DNA from: Zancudomyces culisetae HAW-14-8
Taxonomy: Eukaryota > Fungi > Kickxellomycota
Assembly (NCBI GenBank): GCA_052426225.1
Contig: JBNJNM010000011.1
Location: 1,178,001 to 1,242,000, forward strand
Length of the DNA stretch: 64,000 bases
Direction: 5' to 3'
The notes beneath the pieces were generated by a model. It was not told the DNA's origin. It searched no databases and was given only the letters and a program-made list of their open reading frames with translations. Each line of letters starts with the position of its first letter. The stretch's first letter is position 1. This document shows positions 60,480 through 64,000 of this stretch, one piece after another. The position numbers and the translations under genes are program-made.

Positions 60480-63400
60480 ATGTTCGAGCATATATACCAA
60501 GAGCTAATAAAGGTGCCCAAATTCATAGCCATCGTCGTATTGGCGGCCCTGGTGATTTTTCTGCTATGGAATATATCGCTGATTTTTTTGATTAAGCCGC
60601 CATTTCGTAGGTACTTGTTAAAATTAGGGCTAGAGTTTACGACCATTCAAGGAATGACGATATATGGGCTAAAATTCGAAAAAAAACTTAAGAACGGCAT
60701 TGTAGTAAGATTTCACGTGGAAAAAATCGGAATTAGTGTGTTTATCCTTAGAAGGGCAGTAGACAGTGTCAGTATAATGAAGTCTAATCTTTTAAGTAAA
60801 ATTGTTAATTACTTTCAACTCGGGAATCCTAAATCTGAACAAAAGGATGCTAAAAAAACCAGTTGCGGCGAAAATGAACGTGAACCGATAAGCACAGAGT
60901 CCAAACCTGAGGAGCAGTATGAATGTGGCGAAGATATATATACCAGGAGATATAGCAAGGATAGAAAAAGGATTCAAATGTTTGTGCTAAATCCTCGGGT
61001 ATTTGTTTTCCTTAATGAATACAAAGGGAAAGCCGAGAAAAAAAAGACAAAGACCGGACAAAAGCAAAACCAAGCAGAATTCAAAGATAAAGAACCGTCT
61101 TTGCATGATGAAGAGATCGAGATAGAAACACGGCTTTTAAAATTTGCGAAAAAAGCAACATCGGTTCTGGTGAAGGTGTCAAAAGTCATTCAACTTGTAT
61201 TCCCATGGTTTGAAGTAGTAGTGGGAAATCTTGAGGTTGTACTAGCACACGATGCAGATATGTGGAACTTGGGAAAGGGTGTTGTACTTTCCGTTTTGTT
61301 TATGAGGGTACGAGACTCGTCCTCAAAAGAGAGTATAAAAAATCAACAATTGCTTCGAGAGCTAACCGAGAATATCGCCAAAAAAGCCCAGGAAGGAATA
61401 TTTAAGGATTTTGTAGTAGATGGTACATCTCAAGATACTGAAACAGATCGACCTGTTGGGGGTATTGGAAACCCAAAAGGAAATCTCAGCTCAGGAGATA
61501 GCAATGCTAGAGTAGAATCATGCGTTGGTGAAGACCAGAACTTTTCAAAAGATACCGATGCTGTGAAGATAAAAAAAGATGTGGAAAGCAAAGGCACTCA
61601 CTCTGAGTTAACATTAAGTATTGAAGGAATATCTTTGTATACTTTGACGGACAAGGGTAAAATAAAAGTAAGAGATCACGCATTAAAACATGAAGGGTTT
61701 GCAGGAAACCTTTTCCATTACTTAAGTAGAGAAATAGGCGTGATATCAAATGAGGACAAGTGTGTAGTCCTTCACACGATGGACCAGACCAGACTAGGTA
61801 TAAATTTGCTGTGTTCAAACCACTGGTGGATAAAAGAAGTTGTTTCGGCAGTGGTTTTTAAATCGATTCGGATATATGGAGATGGGATTGAGAAGTTACT
61901 GCTAGAATTCGGGCATTGTTTTGTTGATAATATCAGTACAGAGTTGAATTCGAAGGCGCTTAGGGAGTTATTAACTAGTATGAATAACGAATTCTTAAAG
62001 GAAAAGGATTTGGATGCTACAAATAACAGAGATTTCGACAAGAAAAATGACGTATCATTTGATCTTAGCTCGCGTGGTACTGAAAACGAAAGCCTCTCAA
62101 AAGAGGATCTCTCTAGCGAGATTTTCAAATTAAACAAAAAAAACGTTTATCTATGTAAAATTGGAAAGTTGTTAAAGCGGTTGGAACTCAGCAACTTTTG
62201 TATACAGTTCATAATTAACGAATTTTCGTTGATCACAAGGGAACGAACAGAAAGAAATTTAAAAAAAGAGGCGAGTTATGAAGACGTACTAAATCTGATA
62301 CAACGTGATATTTCATGCAGCTTTAGCTATAAAAAATTAAAAGAAGTAATCACTGTTAAGACGGAAGCAGACGGAATAACTGTGGCACCAGGATCAAAAG
62401 GTTCTACACCTGCTAATGAGTCCAAAAGCAAAACATTACCTAAAAAGTGTTCAACCAATGATAGGAGCAAGAGTACTATATATACCCATCATGGTGGTAG
62501 CGGAAGTACATTTACGCCTGCGATAAAGTGCCTATCTGAATACGAAAAAGATCTAAAAATCGGCGTACAGCTTGACTTTTTCATTGAAACAGGTCCTCTC
62601 ACTATTTATGTCATGGGGCAAGGAGAGGTTTCTAGTGAAAATGGCACTTCTGGATCACCAAGATTACAGAATGGCTTTGTAAACAGCGGCTGTAAAGTTG
62701 GAATCACACTTCCGATAAGAATAGATACCAGCTCAAACGAGCAACTAACATCAAAGCCAGTAATCAGTGCTCGTATAGGCGATTCTTCACTAGCCGTAGA
62801 CGTTCACTTTGTTTCAGCGTGTTTAAATGCTTTAAATATGTGCAAAGGCTATCTAGCATTACTCAAAAACGAAATGGAATTCGTGTCAAAAATGTCCCAC
62901 GCTAATTTACGCAACAGGTTTTCGTATTTGTACCAGAATTTGTATGATGAAGATGTTCTGGCTGCTTTGGCATCTACAACGACACAAATACCAACAAATA
63001 CAACTACAACAAAAGAATCGGCTATTGAAAAGGGACAAAAGGAGCGTTCATACAAAAAGGAAGCTCAAAGGTGGATTACAATCAAATGGGCTATAAGTAG
63101 CTTTTTCAAAAAGATAAATTTAAATGTCGATGTAAACAAGATTAGTGCAGAATTAACTCCTACATTTACAACCCTACAATTGAAAGATAAGGAGCTAAAA
63201 CCTAATTTTGTAAAGATTGTGATACCCAAAGCATATTCCAATGCAGTTTTTTATTTGGTAAACGAAGGGTCGAATATAAAGAATATATCCTGTCTTAGTT
63301 TTGAAGGCAGAGTGAGTGGTGAACTTTCTCCCGTACAGATTAGCCTGAATGGAAAAGATTGTGTCGATGTAAAGAGTGATCCCGCACATATAAACAGTAG

Positions 63401-64000
63401 AGTAATCGTGGGAAATAATGGTATACAATACAATGGTTCCATTAACGGCAAACTAGGCTGTAATTCTTTTAACTCACAGCTGTTTAAGTCAGCTATCGAG
63501 TCCGACTTTAAAATAAATATAGGCGTTTTGGTCGCATCAATTTTTGCAAACGAGTTGCGTTTTATAATGAAGTGGTTGCCTTTGTGGATAAATGGAATGA
63601 ATATAGTTAGTAAGGGCAATGCGAACGGTACAATGTTCAACTCTACCTCTAGAACTAGCTTATCTTATGAGAAAGCGAAAGGCTTGAACGGCAGAAATAG
63701 CAGAGCAAATACAGCTTCTTATTCTTTTTTCAATGATAACAAGGATATCGACATCAAAGGTGCTGAAAAGACGACTCGTGGGATGGACTTCACTTTGAAA
63801 ATCGACACTGTGCTTGATGAGGTAAGGGCTTCGGTTTCAGCCAGCGATTGTGAAAATCCAGTTATCGATCAGGTAGAACATGGGGTTAATGTGTGTTTGC
63901 GTAAAGCTAATCTAGTTTTTAGAAAAGAAAAAAAGAAATTGCAAAGTAATACAAATCTAAAGGTTGGATTCTCTCAGTTTTTGATGAATACTTTTGCTTG
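60480..64000 (+). CDS. Very large protein with N-terminal TM helix, probably FMP27/Hob/BLTP2 bridge-like lipid transfer protein; runs off the window
   Basis: ATG 60480 MFEHIYQELIKVPKFIAIVVLAALVIFLLWNISLIFLI.. followed by beta-strand-like segments (TIYGLKFEKK..IVVRFHVEKIGISV). I translated the start and the window end in the same frame; absence from the ORF track fits no stop within the window (>1170 codons). Family assignment rests on architecture only. Confidence 0.5.
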   Translation, partial: MFEHIYQELIKVPKFIAIVVLAALVIFLLWNISLIFLIKPPFRRYLLKLGLEFTTIQGMTIYGLKFEKKLKNGIVVRFHVEKIGISVFILRRAVDSVSIMKSNLLSKIVNYFQLGNPKSEQKDAKKTSCGENEREPISTESKPEEQYECGEDIYTRRYSKDRKRIQMFVLNPRVFVFLNEYKGKAEKKKTKTGQKQNQAEFKDKEPSLHDEEIEIETRLLKFAKKATSVLVKVSKVIQLVFPWFEVVVGNLEVVLAHDADMWNLGKGVVLSVLFMRVRDSSSKESIKNQQLLRELTENIAKKAQEGIFKDFVVDGTSQDTETDRPVGGIGNPKGNLSSGDSNARVESCVGEDQNFSKDTDAVKIKKDVESKGTHSELTLSIEGISLYTLTDKGKIKVRDHALKHEGFAGNLFHYLSREIGVISNEDKCVVLHTMDQTRLGINLLCSNHWWIKEVVSAVVFKSIRIYGDGIEKLLLEFGHCFVDNISTELNSKALRELLTSMNNEFLKEKDLDATNNRDFDKKNDVSFDLSSRGTENESLSKEDLSSEIFKLNKKNVYLCKIGKLLKRLELSNFCIQFIINEFSLITRERTERNLKKEASYEDVLNLIQRDISCSFSYKKLKEVITVKTEADGITVAPGSKGSTPANESKSKTLPKKCSTNDRSKSTIYTHHGGSGSTFTPAIKCLSEYEKDLKIGVQLDFFIETGPLTIYVMGQGEVSSENGTSGSPRLQNGFVNSGCKVGITLPIRIDTSSNEQLTSKPVISARIGDSSLAVDVHFVSACLNALNMCKGYLALLKNEMEFVSKMSHANLRNRFSYLYQNLYDEDVLAALASTTTQIPTNTTTTKESAIEKGQKERSYKKEAQRWITIKWAISSFFKKINLNVDVNKISAELTPTFTTLQLKDKELKPNFVKIVIPKAYSNAVFYLVNEGSNIKNISCLSFEGRVSGELSPVQISLNGKDCVDVKSDPAHINSRVIVGNNGIQYNGSINGKLGCNSFNSQLFKSAIESDFKINIGVLVASIFANELRFIMKWLPLWINGMNIVSKGNANGTMFNSTSRTSLSYEKAKGLNGRNSRANTASYSFFNDNKDIDIKGAEKTTRGMDFTLKIDTVLDEVRASVSASDCENPVIDQVEHGVNVCLRKANLVFRKEKKKLQSNTNLKVGFSQFLMNTFA

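Noticed and set aside
60974-63640. Minus-strand ORFs near the right end
   Set aside because: Shadows of the large + strand ORF starting at 60480.
1-64000. Selenoprotein (in-frame TGA/SECIS) or alternative genetic code
   Set aside because: All recognisable genes read in the standard code with no internal TGA, and I could not support a SECIS element.

Overview
AT-rich, intron-containing eukaryotic DNA from a fungus. Gene content and sequence style suggest an early-diverging lineage, possibly Kickxellomycotina/Harpellales gut fungi; this is inference, not verified. I can support about 20 protein-coding genes and one tRNA. In order: a Munc13-homology/C2 protein (runs off the left edge, absent from the ORF track), cytochrome b5 (4 exons, absent from the ORF track), a KRE2/KTR mannosyltransferase, a nucleoside hydrolase, VTC1, a GPI-type Cys-hairpin/Ser-Thr protein, MPC2, a divergent Hsp110, MIOS/Sea4, taspase-1, Lhs1/GRP170, CK2 alpha, tRNA-Pro(CGG), EMW1/TTC27, a ~990-aa secreted repeat protein, an EEF1AKMT4-like methyltransferase, asparagine synthetase, a TRIC/TMEM38-like channel, Trf4/5, Tls1/C9orf78 and a probable FMP27/BLTP2-like giant protein (runs off the right edge). 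I saw no transposon, CRISPR array or biosynthetic cluster, and no convincing multi-gene novel system. Best leads: (1) the orphan secreted multi-repeat acidic protein, a candidate adhesin or matrix protein; (2) an Hsp110 paralog lacking two catalytic ATPase residues; (3) a cytochrome b5 whose last 5' splice site overlaps a stop codon, a possible soluble versus tail-anchored switch; (4) non-canonical splice signals (GC donor, AAG acceptor, A-rich acceptors); (5) orphan spliced-looking regions at 4.8 kb and 19.4-20.8 kb. Exon structures were built by hand and need RNA-seq confirmation.
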